A stretch of DNA of 64,000 nucleotides from Gammaproteobacteria bacterium (GCA_016191285.1 JACPPA010000033.1:137736-201735), one strand, 5' to 3'. Counted from the stretch's first letter, positions 41,502-51,009 are shown. A program made the numbers and translations. Notes: a model not told the origin generated them from the letters alone.

Positions 41502-43165
41502 GCAGATTGCGCACTTTTCTTCGTTACTCGCGGTTTCGGCACGACCAACTGCGCGGCTTTTTCAGCTTTGATGCGCGCCAACAGGACTGCGGCCGGTTCG
41601 TCATTGGGATCTTGCGCGACGAGTTGGCCGGAGAACGCTTTTTTTAGGATCGATTGACGTAAGGCTTCGGCTTGTTGGAGGGAGGTGGTGATGGTTTGGT
41701 CGAGTTGGTCGGCTTCGGAGAGCCGAGATTCGATGACCGCAACTATGGTGTTTTGTTCAGCAGCTCCACACAGCGGGATAAATACGTCCTTTAGTTGCGT
41801 TGTATTAATTCGTGGCCGACCAATTCCGTGAATTAGAGCTTCAAGTTGTTTATATACCCGCCTCGTTGACAAGAACATCACAGCATAGACGTTACTCAAT
41901 GCTTCGCCGTAGATCCGAACACAAAAACAATCCGCTTTGTTGATGGCCCTTTTTATGTTCGGTGGCAACAATGCAACGCGAACGTTCTCAGTGATAAATG
42001 ACGAGAAAATAATATCTCCCGATGACACCGTATGATTCTTAAGTGACTCATACTTTTCCTCTTTAACGTAGGACACTTTTTCTTCGATAAACTGCAAAGA
42101 TCCGATGTTCTCAAGGCGTACGACTCGCACACCATCGTCAACATAGTCACTGCTTTTTAGGTTCGAGCCAAAAGGACCGTCCGAAACTTCTGCATTTGTA
42201 TTTCCCAAACGAGTCCACCCCCACCCATTCGGCAGCTCTGGCAATTCGGCCAGATCTTCTGAGGTAAGTGGCGGTAGAGGTTTCGGGGCTTTGGGTTTGG
42301 AAATCCCCCCTTGCCCCCCTTTTTCAAAGGGGGGGATCGAAAGCTGTTCGGTATCGCCGGTCGACGTCCCGCTTCGTCGTCCCTTCCCCCTTTGCAAAAG
42401 GGGGACCGAGGGGGATTTCCTGGCTTCCCAAGCGGCGAGTTGTTGCTGATAGCGTTGTGCGCGCTCTTGCTGGATGCGCTTGAGCAACGCGTCAGCGGTT
42501 TCGAGTTTGTCCCGATTCTCGGCACGCCATTGCGCGGTGAGCTTACCTTCGAAGGCGTGTTTCAGCAGCGCTTGGCGATACATCTTGAGCTGCGCGCGGG
42601 CGGTTTTCAGGTTTTCGATGCCCTTGTCCAGCTCGGAAAACAGCTCTTCTATTTTGGCGACGATGCGGTGTTGTTCGTTGATGGGCGGGACTGGAATTCG
42701 ACATGTCACGAGATATGGGGTCGTGACACGCTTTTGACCAACTGCGCCCGTCATATTGTGTTCGGCTTCTCGCCGAAAAGTTTGAGATGAGACGTAGTAG
42801 TACATGTACTTGGCGTTCATGCCAGCCAAAGTGCGAAAAACATGGAATTCGGTGGAGCCAAAACCGATGCCGTTCCCAAGTTCTGGCACTACTGCCATTT
42901 TTCCGTTTTCCATGCAGGGAGTAATTTTTGCGAAAAGAACGTCGCCTGCGCGAAAGGGTGTATAGCCTTTTTTTACTTCTGAGAATCTGCGCTTCAGACT
43001 GACATCGATGATCCCACTTTCCGCTTGGACCGCTGGCATCGGTACGAATGACACTTCCAGTTCATCGGGAATTCCGGTTTTGTCTAGCGTTGGGTTGATA
43101 ACCGTAATTTCATCAATCTTGGCATCGCACCAATTACGCGGTAAGCGGCCTACCTCATCCATCAC
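41498..43165 (-). CDS. hsdS: type I R-M specificity subunit with two TRDs; the central linker contains an in-frame palindromic element
   Basis: TRD1, conserved central coiled-coil (KIEELFSELDKGIENLK...), TRD2 and C-terminal repeat. 555 aa, longer than the typical 400-470 aa I expect for HsdS. Confidence 0.85.
   Translation of the reverse strand: MMDEVGRLPRNWCDAKIDEITVINPTLDKTGIPDELEVSFVPMPAVQAESGIIDVSLKRRFSEVKKGYTPFRAGDVLFAKITPCMENGKMAVVPELGNGIGFGSTEFHVFRTLAGMNAKYMYYYVSSQTFRREAEHNMTGAVGQKRVTTPYLVTCRIPVPPINEQHRIVAKIEELFSELDKGIENLKTARAQLKMYRQALLKHAFEGKLTAQWRAENRDKLETADALLKRIQQERAQRYQQQLAAWEARKSPSVPLLQRGKGRRSGTSTGDTEQLSIPPFEKGGQGGISKPKAPKPLPPLTSEDLAELPELPNGWGWTRLGNTNAEVSDGPFGSNLKSSDYVDDGVRVVRLENIGSLQFIEEKVSYVKEEKYESLKNHTVSSGDIIFSSFITENVRVALLPPNIKRAINKADCFCVRIYGEALSNVYAVMFLSTRRVYKQLEALIHGIGRPRINTTQLKDVFIPLCGAAEQNTIVAVIESRLSEADQLDQTITTSLQQAEALRQSILKKAFSGQLVAQDPNDEPAAVLLARIKAEKAAQLVVPKPRVTKKSAQSA
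42301..42420. repeat. G/C-run palindromic element pair inside the hsdS reading frame (cccccctttttcaaagggggg ... ccccctttgcaaaagggggaccgagggggattt)
   Basis: Encodes ...SIPPFEKGGQGGISKPKAPKP... on the coding strand. Same family as 43209-43306 and 43672-43771. Confidence 0.7.
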
Positions 43166-43208
43166 GCCACCGATGCTTCGGGCAGTGAACGCCAGGGTAC
43201 TCCATGAA

Positions 43209-43306
43209 AAATCCCCCTCAATCCCCCTTTTCCAAAGGGGGAAGGTAATGCGGAGACGGGTCGTTCCCCCCTTTGGAAAAGGGGGGCAAGGGGGGATTTA
43301 GGGGAT
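43209..43306. repeat. G/C-run palindromic element (aaatcccc...ccccttttccaaaggggg...cccccctttggaaaagggggg...ggggattt) between hsdS and DUF559
   Basis: Nested perfect palindromes. Family member. Confidence 0.7.
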
Positions 43307-43310
43307 TTCT

Positions 43311-43670
43311 TCACACCCGCTCCTTCACTATTCCATCTATTACCGCCAACACCGCATCGATCTCCAACAACACCTCCCGATTATTAAATCGTAATACGCG
43401 TAAACCCAATTTCGTTAATGCTGCATCTCGCGCCTGATCTTTTGAGATATGTGCTGATTCAAAATGTTGACTGCCATCTAGTTCGATCACCAACTTCGCG
43501 GTGGGACAGTAGAAATCGACAACGAATGCGAGCAACGGCTTCTGTCGATAAAACTGCACACCTTGCATTTGCTTGCGACGAATGCGATGCCAGAGTACTT
43601 GCTCGGCGTCAGTCATGTTGGTTCGCAGCAATCGGGAACGTTCCTTAAGGTTTGGGTTGTAGTGTTCCAT
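43311..43670 (-). CDS. DUF559 (Vsr/restriction-endonuclease-fold) domain protein
   Basis: 119 aa with the conserved VIELDGSQH...D...LRVLRF pattern of DUF559. Confidence 0.75.
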   Translation of the reverse strand: MEHYNPNLKERSRLLRTNMTDAEQVLWHRIRRKQMQGVQFYRQKPLLAFVVDFYCPTAKLVIELDGSQHFESAHISKDQARDAALTKLGLRVLRFNNREVLLEIDAVLAVIDGIVKERV

Positions 43671-43671
43671 T

Positions 43672-43771
43672 AAATCCCCCCTTGCCCCCCTTTTTCAAAG
43701 GGGGGATTTAAAATCGGCACTGCACATCCGGTAGGTCTCCCCCTTTGAAAAAGGGGGACCGAGGGGGATTT
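43672..43771. repeat. G/C-run palindromic element between hsdR stop and DUF559 start
   Basis: aaatccccccttgcccccctttttcaaagggggg ... ccccctttgaaaaagggggaccgagggggattt. Nearly identical to the copy inside hsdS. Confidence 0.7.
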
Positions 43772-43773
43772 CC

Positions 43774-46557
43774 TCACGCTACCAACACCTCATTCAGCTC
43801 ACCCAACACTGCCTCAAGCTTCGCCCCAAACAGCTGATGCATCCGGCCCAGCCCACCCTGCCCATCGAACGGCGACATTTCCAGATCGTCGCGCTCGATA
43901 TGAAACGAATTGGCGATGTGGTCGCGGATCATGCGTAGCCAATCCATTTGCGCTTCATTGAATTTCTCACCGCCGCCGGAATGCTGCTTCATGATCCAGT
44001 TTTGAAAATTTCGACGGACGGTATCATCGAAGGTCGCGAGCTTCGAATCCAAGCCGCAGACTCTGCGGATGAGGGCAACTAGCGCGGTTAATTCACTTAT
44101 CGGCTGCGCGCCTTGGTAAGCATCTAATTGACGGTAGGCCTGCCACACGCGCAAGGGCGCGAGCTTCGGTTTATCGGCCTTAAGCTTATCCAGGACCTGG
44201 CGAATCATTTCGAAGCTCAATTCACGTCGTCGGTATGGTTGGCTGAAGAAGATGGTCAGCGCTTCTATGTGGTCTTGGTAGCTCGTTAAGTATTCCGCAA
44301 ACTCGTCAGTGATGGTTTGTGCATGCTGGGCGGCATCCTTGTCCCATTCGGCACGCAACACGCTATCGATATTGTCATGGTCGATGGTTTGTTCTTTGTC
44401 GCGCCGAATGCTGTCGATGAGTTCGATCAAATCACCATTTAATACGCGCGCGGCTTCGGCTACCAGTTGTTGTTGCGCCTGCTGCCGGTGTGTATCTGCG
44501 GGAATAGAACCAGCGGGAAGCTCAGCGAGCTCCACCGCGCGCACTACAACGTTATCGGCATCGATCGCGGCGAACAGCTTGCCGATGAATTGACTGAGCT
44601 CCAGACCCCCAGCCGCTTCGCGGATCCGTCGTTGATCGTCGGTATCGAGTTGCTTGTTGAGCCGCGCCAGCCGCCCGGCCAAGGAACTCACGGTGTCTTC
44701 ATCGCTCGCGCCCAGCATCACGCTCATCGCTAGATCTTTCAGCGGCACGGTGGGTTGGGTGATCAGGGGCTGGCTGGCGGTCTTCAGCGACTTGGTGACG
44801 CCGATGGCATCCACAATCACATAGTGGGTCTTGGCGCTGACAGCGGAAGGGGTGACCTTTTTCAGATCGTCCAAGTCCAGGGTGCGGGTGCCGCGGCCCT
44901 TCATCTGCTCGAAGTAGTTGCGGCTTTTCACGTCGCGCATGAACACCAGGCATTCCAGCGGCTTCACGTCGGTGCCGGTTGCGATCATGTCCACGGTTAC
45001 TGCGATGCGCGGGTAATAGTCGTTCCGAAACTGGGCGAGGACCGACTTTGGATCTTCCCCGGTCTTGTAAGTGAGTTTCTTGCAGAAGGCGTTGCCTTCG
45101 TCGAATTCCTCGCGCACGGTTTGGATAATGTCGTCGGCGTGGCTGTCGGTTTTGGCGAAGATGAGCGTTTTGGGAACTTCGGTACGGCCGGGGAAGATTT
45201 CAGGCAGCTTTTCGCGGAAGGCGCGGATGACCGTACGGATCTGATCGGGGTTAACGATACTGCGATCGAGCTGGGTCGCCGAATACGCCTCATCTTCGTC
45301 TTGCTGTTCCCAGCGTTTCTTGCGCGTGAGTTTTTCGCGTCGCTCAACCTGCTGCTGCGCTTTGATCTGTGCGCCCTGTAAGGTGACCTGGGTTTCAATC
45401 ACATACACTTCATTGCCCACATTCACGCCGTCCGCCACGGCTTTCTCATGGCTGTAATCGCTGACCACATTCTTCCGGAAGAAGCCATAGGTGCGATTGT
45501 CCGGCGTGGCGGTGAGGCCGATGAGATGGGCATCGAAGTAATCGATCACCTGCTGCCACAGGTTATAAATCGAGCGGTGGCACTCGTCGATAAAGATGAA
45601 GTCGAAGAACTCGGGCGGAACTTTGTCGTTATACGCGACCGGCATCGGCGCTTTGGGCAGCCGCAGTTCCGCCGGGTTCAGTTCTTCCGCGGCCTCTTCC
45701 AGTGGCGTGCCTTGCAGGATCGAGTACAGGCGCTGGATGGTGCTGATGCAAACATGCGTATCGCTCGCAATGTACGGGCTCTTCAGACGCTGGACGGTGT
45801 AGAGCTCGGTGAACTTGCGGTTATCGTCGATGGGGGTATAGGACATCATTTCCTGCTCGGCTTGTTCACCGAGATTCTTGGTGTCCACCAGAAACAACAC
45901 GCGCTTGGCGTGCGCGTGCTTCAGCAAGCGATAGATCGACGTGATGGCGGTATAGGTTTTACCGGCACCGGTCGCCATTTGAATGAGCGCGCGCGGACGA
46001 TCCGCCTTGAACGAGGCCTCCAAATTCGTAATCGCGGTTTCCTGGCAATCGCGGAGGCGCAGCGCCTGGGCCGGCAGATGATTCGAATTGAGCACGGGGA
46101 TGCATTGCATGCGCTGGCGGAGGCTGGTCCCCTGCCCTAGCCACGCTTTGAGGGTTTCGGGCCGGTGAAAACTGAAAATCTCGCGCGAGCGCGGCCTGGG
46201 ATCGCGCCCATCAGTGAAGCGGGTGACGATACCGGTACTCTCGTACAGGAACGGGAGGGCCTCCTGGTTGTTCACCCATTTCAGCTTGGCGGCCGCATAC
46301 GCTTCCGTTTGAGGTTCATGTTGCGTGAGGTGCTGACCTTCTTCTTCGCGCTTGGCTTCGATGACCCCCACCGCACTGCCGTTCACAAAGAGCACATAGT
46401 CGGCCGGACCAACATCGGTTTGGTATTCGCGCACCGCGAGACCCGGCCCGGCACGCAAGTCGATTTTCTTGGCTGACTGCACGACCCAGCCCGCTTGAAT
46501 AAGCAGCGCATCGATCTTATCGCGGGCCTTTTGCTCGGGATTTTGATTTTCCGTCAT
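43774..46557 (-). CDS. hsdR: type I restriction enzyme R subunit
   Basis: Walker A MATGAGKTYTA, DEAD-like DECH motif (FIFIDECHRS), helicase C domain. The start is set at the Met of MTENQNPEQ. The supplied ORF extends to 46671. Confidence 0.9.
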   Translation of the reverse strand: MTENQNPEQKARDKIDALLIQAGWVVQSAKKIDLRAGPGLAVREYQTDVGPADYVLFVNGSAVGVIEAKREEEGQHLTQHEPQTEAYAAAKLKWVNNQEALPFLYESTGIVTRFTDGRDPRPRSREIFSFHRPETLKAWLGQGTSLRQRMQCIPVLNSNHLPAQALRLRDCQETAITNLEASFKADRPRALIQMATGAGKTYTAITSIYRLLKHAHAKRVLFLVDTKNLGEQAEQEMMSYTPIDDNRKFTELYTVQRLKSPYIASDTHVCISTIQRLYSILQGTPLEEAAEELNPAELRLPKAPMPVAYNDKVPPEFFDFIFIDECHRSIYNLWQQVIDYFDAHLIGLTATPDNRTYGFFRKNVVSDYSHEKAVADGVNVGNEVYVIETQVTLQGAQIKAQQQVERREKLTRKKRWEQQDEDEAYSATQLDRSIVNPDQIRTVIRAFREKLPEIFPGRTEVPKTLIFAKTDSHADDIIQTVREEFDEGNAFCKKLTYKTGEDPKSVLAQFRNDYYPRIAVTVDMIATGTDVKPLECLVFMRDVKSRNYFEQMKGRGTRTLDLDDLKKVTPSAVSAKTHYVIVDAIGVTKSLKTASQPLITQPTVPLKDLAMSVMLGASDEDTVSSLAGRLARLNKQLDTDDQRRIREAAGGLELSQFIGKLFAAIDADNVVVRAVELAELPAGSIPADTHRQQAQQQLVAEAARVLNGDLIELIDSIRRDKEQTIDHDNIDSVLRAEWDKDAAQHAQTITDEFAEYLTSYQDHIEALTIFFSQPYRRRELSFEMIRQVLDKLKADKPKLAPLRVWQAYRQLDAYQGAQPISELTALVALIRRVCGLDSKLATFDDTVRRNFQNWIMKQHSGGGEKFNEAQMDWLRMIRDHIANSFHIERDDLEMSPFDGQGGLGRMHQLFGAKLEAVLGELNEVLVA

Positions 46558-46592
46558 AGCGATAGCGAGCTTCGTCGAAGTTAAGCCATTAA

Positions 46593-47441
46593 CTATTTCC
46601 TCACCGCCGCCATCAAGGCCGCGTGACTGTCGAGGAGCTTCAACGTCGCGTCTTTCGACTCCGCGGGGCACGCCAGAATCGCGCGGTTAACGCCGAGATC
46701 GCGATAGCGTTTAAGTGTATCGGCATCAGTCGGCGCCCAGAAAAATGAGATCTCGATATCAGCCAGTTTGCGTCCGTGCCGAATGAGGCGTGCTTCCAGA
46801 TCGGCGAGTTCCACATCGATGTTCTTCATTTGTGCCGGCAGCGGCACCCAGCCGTCGCAATAGCGCGCGACTCTTTCGCGACCCCACGCGGAAGCCGCGC
46901 CCATGATGATCGGCGGATGCGGTTTCTGGACCGGTTTGGGCCACACCCAAATCGGATCAAAGTTCACATGTTTGCCGTGATACGCCGAATCCTTTTCAAT
47001 CCAGCAGGCCTTCATCGCTTCGATGCGCTCTTCCAGCACTTTCCACCGATCGGCGAAGGCCGTGCCGTGATTCTCCATTTCTTCGGCGTTCCAGCCGGCG
47101 CCGATACCAAATAGAAAGCGTCCGTTGGAGAGGAAGTCGAGCGAGGCAACCGCCTTGGCGGTGACGATGGGATCGCGTTCCGTGATCAAGCAAACCCCGG
47201 TCGCGACCTTGATACGCTTCGTCGCGATGGCGGCCGCTGTCAGCGCCACGAAGGGATCGTGAATATGCCAGTAATCCTGCGGCAACTCGCCACCGCCGGG
47301 GAATGGCGTACGGCGGCTCGCGGGGATATGCGTGTGTTCTGGATACCAGACGGATTCAAAGCCGCGGTCTTCACACGCGACGGCGAACTCATCGGGCCGC
47401 ATGGCGTAATCGGTCGAATAGAGCATGGTGCCGAATATCAT
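46593..47441 (-). CDS. LLM-class flavin/F420-type oxidoreductase
   Basis: GFESVWYPEH ... FGIGAGW motifs. Confidence 0.75.
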   Translation of the reverse strand: MIFGTMLYSTDYAMRPDEFAVACEDRGFESVWYPEHTHIPASRRTPFPGGGELPQDYWHIHDPFVALTAAAIATKRIKVATGVCLITERDPIVTAKAVASLDFLSNGRFLFGIGAGWNAEEMENHGTAFADRWKVLEERIEAMKACWIEKDSAYHGKHVNFDPIWVWPKPVQKPHPPIIMGAASAWGRERVARYCDGWVPLPAQMKNIDVELADLEARLIRHGRKLADIEISFFWAPTDADTLKRYRDLGVNRAILACPAESKDATLKLLDSHAALMAAVRK

Positions 47442-47523
47442 GGATGCATTCCTTTTCTTCGGTTGATGGTGACGCGTGGCGGCAAACGCGATACCGGTGC
47501 CGCCGAGGCCTAAGCGTCGGTAC

Positions 47524-48390
47524 TCAATCGATCATTTTTTTCGCGAAGTTGCCGAGCCAGTCTTCGATTTTACTCGGCGACGTGTCGCCGCCCATGCCGT
47601 AGCCTATCAACAAACGCGACACGCCGACGGCCGCCATCGCGTCGACCAAGGCCGGATCCGCTTTCGGTAGCAAGGCGGTGATCTCGATCTCGCTGGGATC
47701 ACGGCCCAGCGTATGGCATTCGGCATCGATGATCTTTTTCAGCGCGATGATTTCCTGCGGTGCATTCAGGGCCGGGAAAAATCCGTTGCCGAAGCGCGCC
47801 GCGCGGCGCGCCGAACCGGCGCTATGCCCCCCGATCACAATCGGCACCCCGTCGGGATGTATCGGCTTGGGGTTCATTTCGACCGGACCCCAGTTGAAAA
47901 ACTTGGAAGCAAAAGCCTCTGGCTGCGGCTTCCATAGCGAGCGCATCGCGCGAATGGTCTCATCGGTGCGCGCGCCGCGTTCCTTGAAGGGAATACCGAG
48001 CGCTTGGAATTCGTCTTCCAGCCAACCGACACCAACGCCGAGCAGAAATCGGCCGTTCGAAAGTTGATCGAGCGTAGCCGCCTCTTTCGCCATGTAGAAC
48101 GGGTGTCGCTGCGGCAGGATCACGATGCCGGTCGCGAGTTTGATCTTGGTCGTAATCGCCGCCGCGTAGGCCAGCGGGAGCAACGGATCGGGCAAGGCCA
48201 TATCGGTCGGGATGGGGATCTTGCCGCTCGGGTCATAGGGATACGTCGCGTGATAGCCCACCGGAATCACCACATGCTCGACCGTCCATAACGACTCCAT
48301 TCCGTATTTCTCGGCCGTGGTGACCAGATGACCGAACGCCTGTGGTTTGGAAAAAGCGCCGACATTGACAAAAAAGACGCCGTACTTCAT
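47524..48390 (-). CDS. LLM-class flavin/F420-type oxidoreductase
   Basis: GMESLWTVEH ... LGVGVGW motifs. Confidence 0.75.
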   Translation of the reverse strand: MKYGVFFVNVGAFSKPQAFGHLVTTAEKYGMESLWTVEHVVIPVGYHATYPYDPSGKIPIPTDMALPDPLLPLAYAAAITTKIKLATGIVILPQRHPFYMAKEAATLDQLSNGRFLLGVGVGWLEDEFQALGIPFKERGARTDETIRAMRSLWKPQPEAFASKFFNWGPVEMNPKPIHPDGVPIVIGGHSAGSARRAARFGNGFFPALNAPQEIIALKKIIDAECHTLGRDPSEIEITALLPKADPALVDAMAAVGVSRLLIGYGMGGDTSPSKIEDWLGNFAKKMID

Positions 48391-48552
48391 GGCGAACCTC
48401 CTCTAGAACAAGCATTGTGGGTGCGTCGTTGACGCACGATCCGGGTCAATGAAGTCTGCCACAAGTCGCAGCCCGTCCGACAACGTCAATTTCGGCGCTC
48501 GCTATCGTCGCGTTTAGTTGGGTACGATTAACCTCCCAGCGCGAGGATAACC

Positions 48553-49734
48553 ATGGATCTGTCATTCGGCCCTTACTACGAAGCCTTTCGCGACGAGGTG
48601 CGCGGTTTTCTCGCGGCCCACGGGTCGAAGGCGCCGCGCGTGGTCGATTTGCGCGCACCGGAAACCCTGGCCTGGCAGCGAATGTTACTCACGCACGGCT
48701 ACGCGGGACGCACTATTCCAGTTGAGTATGGCGGCTATGGCGCAGCCCCCGATATGCTCGAGGCGCGGATCATCGCCGAGGAATTCGCCCAGGCCCAGGT
48801 GTCGCCCGGGATCGCGGGCCAGGGCATCATGATGCTGATCCCCACCCTGCTCGAATTTGGAACCGAAGCGCAGAAGCGCGAATTCATCGCACCGACGCTG
48901 CGCGGCGAGCTCATCTGGTGCCAGGGTTACTCTGAACCGAATGCCGGCAGCGATTTGGCAAGTCTTAAAACCCGCGGCGAACTCGCGGGCGATGAGTGGG
49001 TGATCAACGGCCAGAAAATCTGGACCAGCACGGCACAACTCGCCGACTGGATGTTTTGTCTGGTGCGCACGGAATCCGAGCGACGTAACCATCTCGGCAT
49101 CAGTTTTTTGTTGATCCCGATGACGACGGCCGGTATCGACGTGCGACCGATCGTGACGATGACGGACGACGCCAGTTTCAACGAAGTATTTTTAACCGAG
49201 GTGCGCATCCCGGTCGAAAATATCGTCGGCGCACGTGGTGAAGGTTGGCGTATCGCGAACGCCTTACTCGGTCACGAGCGCGGCATGCTCGGTAACCCCA
49301 ATGTGACATTGCAACGTTTCAATGCGCTGGTCGACCTCATGCGGCAGGAGACCGTCGATGGTCACCGGTTAATCGATAATCCCTTGTGGCGCGAGCGCCT
49401 GATGCAGATCCAGGGTCGCATGCTCGCGCTGCGCTGTAACGATCTGCGCTTGTTGTCGGCGCGTCTTAATACGACGCCGGCGCTGCTGGCCGGGATGATT
49501 GTAAAATTCGCTGGCACCGAATTGCGTCACGATCTGGAAGGCCTGGCGATCGATGCGCTGGGCGAACTCGGTGTGCTCTATCGAGGGAGTCCGCTACTCC
49601 GCGATCAAGGCTTTTGGCAACAACACTATATGTATTTTCTCGGCCTCATCATCGGCGGCGGCACCTCGCAGATTCAAAAGAACATCATCGCCGAACGCGG
49701 CCTCGGTCTGCCGCGCGAGCCGAAGATGGCATAA
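48553..49734 (+). CDS. acyl-CoA dehydrogenase family protein
   Basis: ACAD N/M/C domains (CQGYSEPNAGSD, GGTSQIQKNIIAE). Confidence 0.85.
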   Translation: MDLSFGPYYEAFRDEVRGFLAAHGSKAPRVVDLRAPETLAWQRMLLTHGYAGRTIPVEYGGYGAAPDMLEARIIAEEFAQAQVSPGIAGQGIMMLIPTLLEFGTEAQKREFIAPTLRGELIWCQGYSEPNAGSDLASLKTRGELAGDEWVINGQKIWTSTAQLADWMFCLVRTESERRNHLGISFLLIPMTTAGIDVRPIVTMTDDASFNEVFLTEVRIPVENIVGARGEGWRIANALLGHERGMLGNPNVTLQRFNALVDLMRQETVDGHRLIDNPLWRERLMQIQGRMLALRCNDLRLLSARLNTTPALLAGMIVKFAGTELRHDLEGLAIDALGELGVLYRGSPLLRDQGFWQQHYMYFLGLIIGGGTSQIQKNIIAERGLGLPREPKMA

Positions 49735-49766
49735 ACCAAAAGCGTCGCGCATTGTGGCAGACGCTT

Positions 49767-49848
49767 GTGGGAGCCGCTTTAGCGGCGAATCTTTTAGCGC
49801 TTCAAGCAATCCCAGACAGTCAAGATTCGCGGCTAAAGCCGCTCCTAC
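49767..49848. repeat. REP-like element family 1, copy 2
   Basis: gtgggagccgctttagcggcgaatc ... gattcgcggctaaagccgctcctac. Confidence 0.6.
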
Positions 49849-49867
49849 AGCGGCGCCGAGCGTGCTT

Positions 49868-50662
49868 CTACTTGCCGCTGAAGCGCGGCTTTCGCTTCTC
49901 GACAAACGCCGTGACCCCTTCACGGAAATCGGCGCGCACCGCGCAATCGGCGAACATCTCCGCTTCCATTTGAAGCTGAGATTCGAACTCGTTTTCAAGC
50001 GATCGATAGAGCAAGCGCTTGGTGTTGCCGTACACATGCGTCGGTCCCGCCGCGAGACGCGCGGCGAGCTTGGCCGTCTCTTCCGCGAGCTGGCCCGCCG
50101 GCGCGACGAAATTGATCATGCCCATGGCCTGTGCGCTCGCGGCATCGATTCGATCGCCAAGCAGCGCAATTTCCATCGCCTTCTTGATGCCTACCGCGCG
50201 CGGCAAATGAAAGCTCGCCGAGCCGTCCGGACTCGTGCCGATATGACAATACGCCAGCGTGAAATACGCCGTGGCCTCCGCGATCACGAGATCGCAGGCC
50301 AGCGCCAGGCTAACCCCAGCGCCGGCCGCCGCACCCGCCACGCTCGCGATGAGGGGTTTCGGCATACGCCGCATCGCGAACATGATGGGATGCAAGTCAT
50401 GAATGCGATTGATGAACTGGGTGCGCAATACTGCGGGTGGCTGGTCGAGCATGCCCGACATCATCTTAACGTCACCACCGGCCATGAAATGTTCACCGGC
50501 ACCGCGTAGCACCACGCAACGCACGGCATCATCCTGCTCGACTTGATGCAGTACATCGCGCAAGCGAGCGCGCATGTCTTGGCTCAACGCATTGCGCGCC
50601 TCCGTACGGTTCAGCGTCAACGTCGCGATGTGGTCTTTAATGTCTAACAATAAATCGGGCAC
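49868..50662 (-). CDS. enoyl-CoA hydratase/isomerase (crotonase) family
   Basis: Crotonase fold with oxyanion-hole segments (AGGD, ASVAGAAAGAG). Confidence 0.85.
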   Translation of the reverse strand: MPDLLLDIKDHIATLTLNRTEARNALSQDMRARLRDVLHQVEQDDAVRCVVLRGAGEHFMAGGDVKMMSGMLDQPPAVLRTQFINRIHDLHPIMFAMRRMPKPLIASVAGAAAGAGVSLALACDLVIAEATAYFTLAYCHIGTSPDGSASFHLPRAVGIKKAMEIALLGDRIDAASAQAMGMINFVAPAGQLAEETAKLAARLAAGPTHVYGNTKRLLYRSLENEFESQLQMEAEMFADCAVRADFREGVTAFVEKRKPRFSGK

Positions 50663-50861
50663 GGCAGATCTCCAAGGTTATCGTGGCTACGCTTCTAACC
50701 GAAATTGAGACGATCGTCAAAACCAGATTGCTGCCTACGACTACGCAAACGTGGCAATGGGCAGGTTCGCACGTTAAAGTCGCGGTCGATAACAGCGACG
50801 TGATACGAATGGCACTTACAAAAGCAGAAATGCCGGGAAAGATGCGCAATCCTGGCCCTTC

Positions 50862-50888
50862 GTCATTCCGGCGAATGCCGGAATCCAG
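50862..50888. repeat. REP-like element family 2, copy 2 (gtcattccggcgaatgccggaatcc)
   Basis: Hairpin identical in its arms to 38786-38813. Confidence 0.5.
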
Positions 50889-51009
50889 TGAAACGACGGA
50901 TTCATTGCACACTGGACTTAGTGCTCGGCGCACGGGGTGACGACGCAAACCCCACTTAATTAAGTGCCATTCCGACGCGACACCGAATAGCCCAGGGGAG
51001 CAACTACCC

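Noticed and set aside
42157-42790. ORFs antisense to hsdS spanning the palindromic elements (42157-42525 minus-frame variant, 42311-42790 plus)
   Set aside because: They are generated by the palindromes reading as open frames on both strands (PPFxKGG). hsdS itself is the supported gene.
46558-46671. N-terminal 38 codons of the supplied hsdR ORF (MPRGVERRDVEAPRQSRGLDGGGEE...)
   Set aside because: It overlaps the 3' end of the LLM oxidoreductase gene and is compositionally atypical. HsdR homology starts at MTENQNPEQKARDKID, so the start was moved to 46557.
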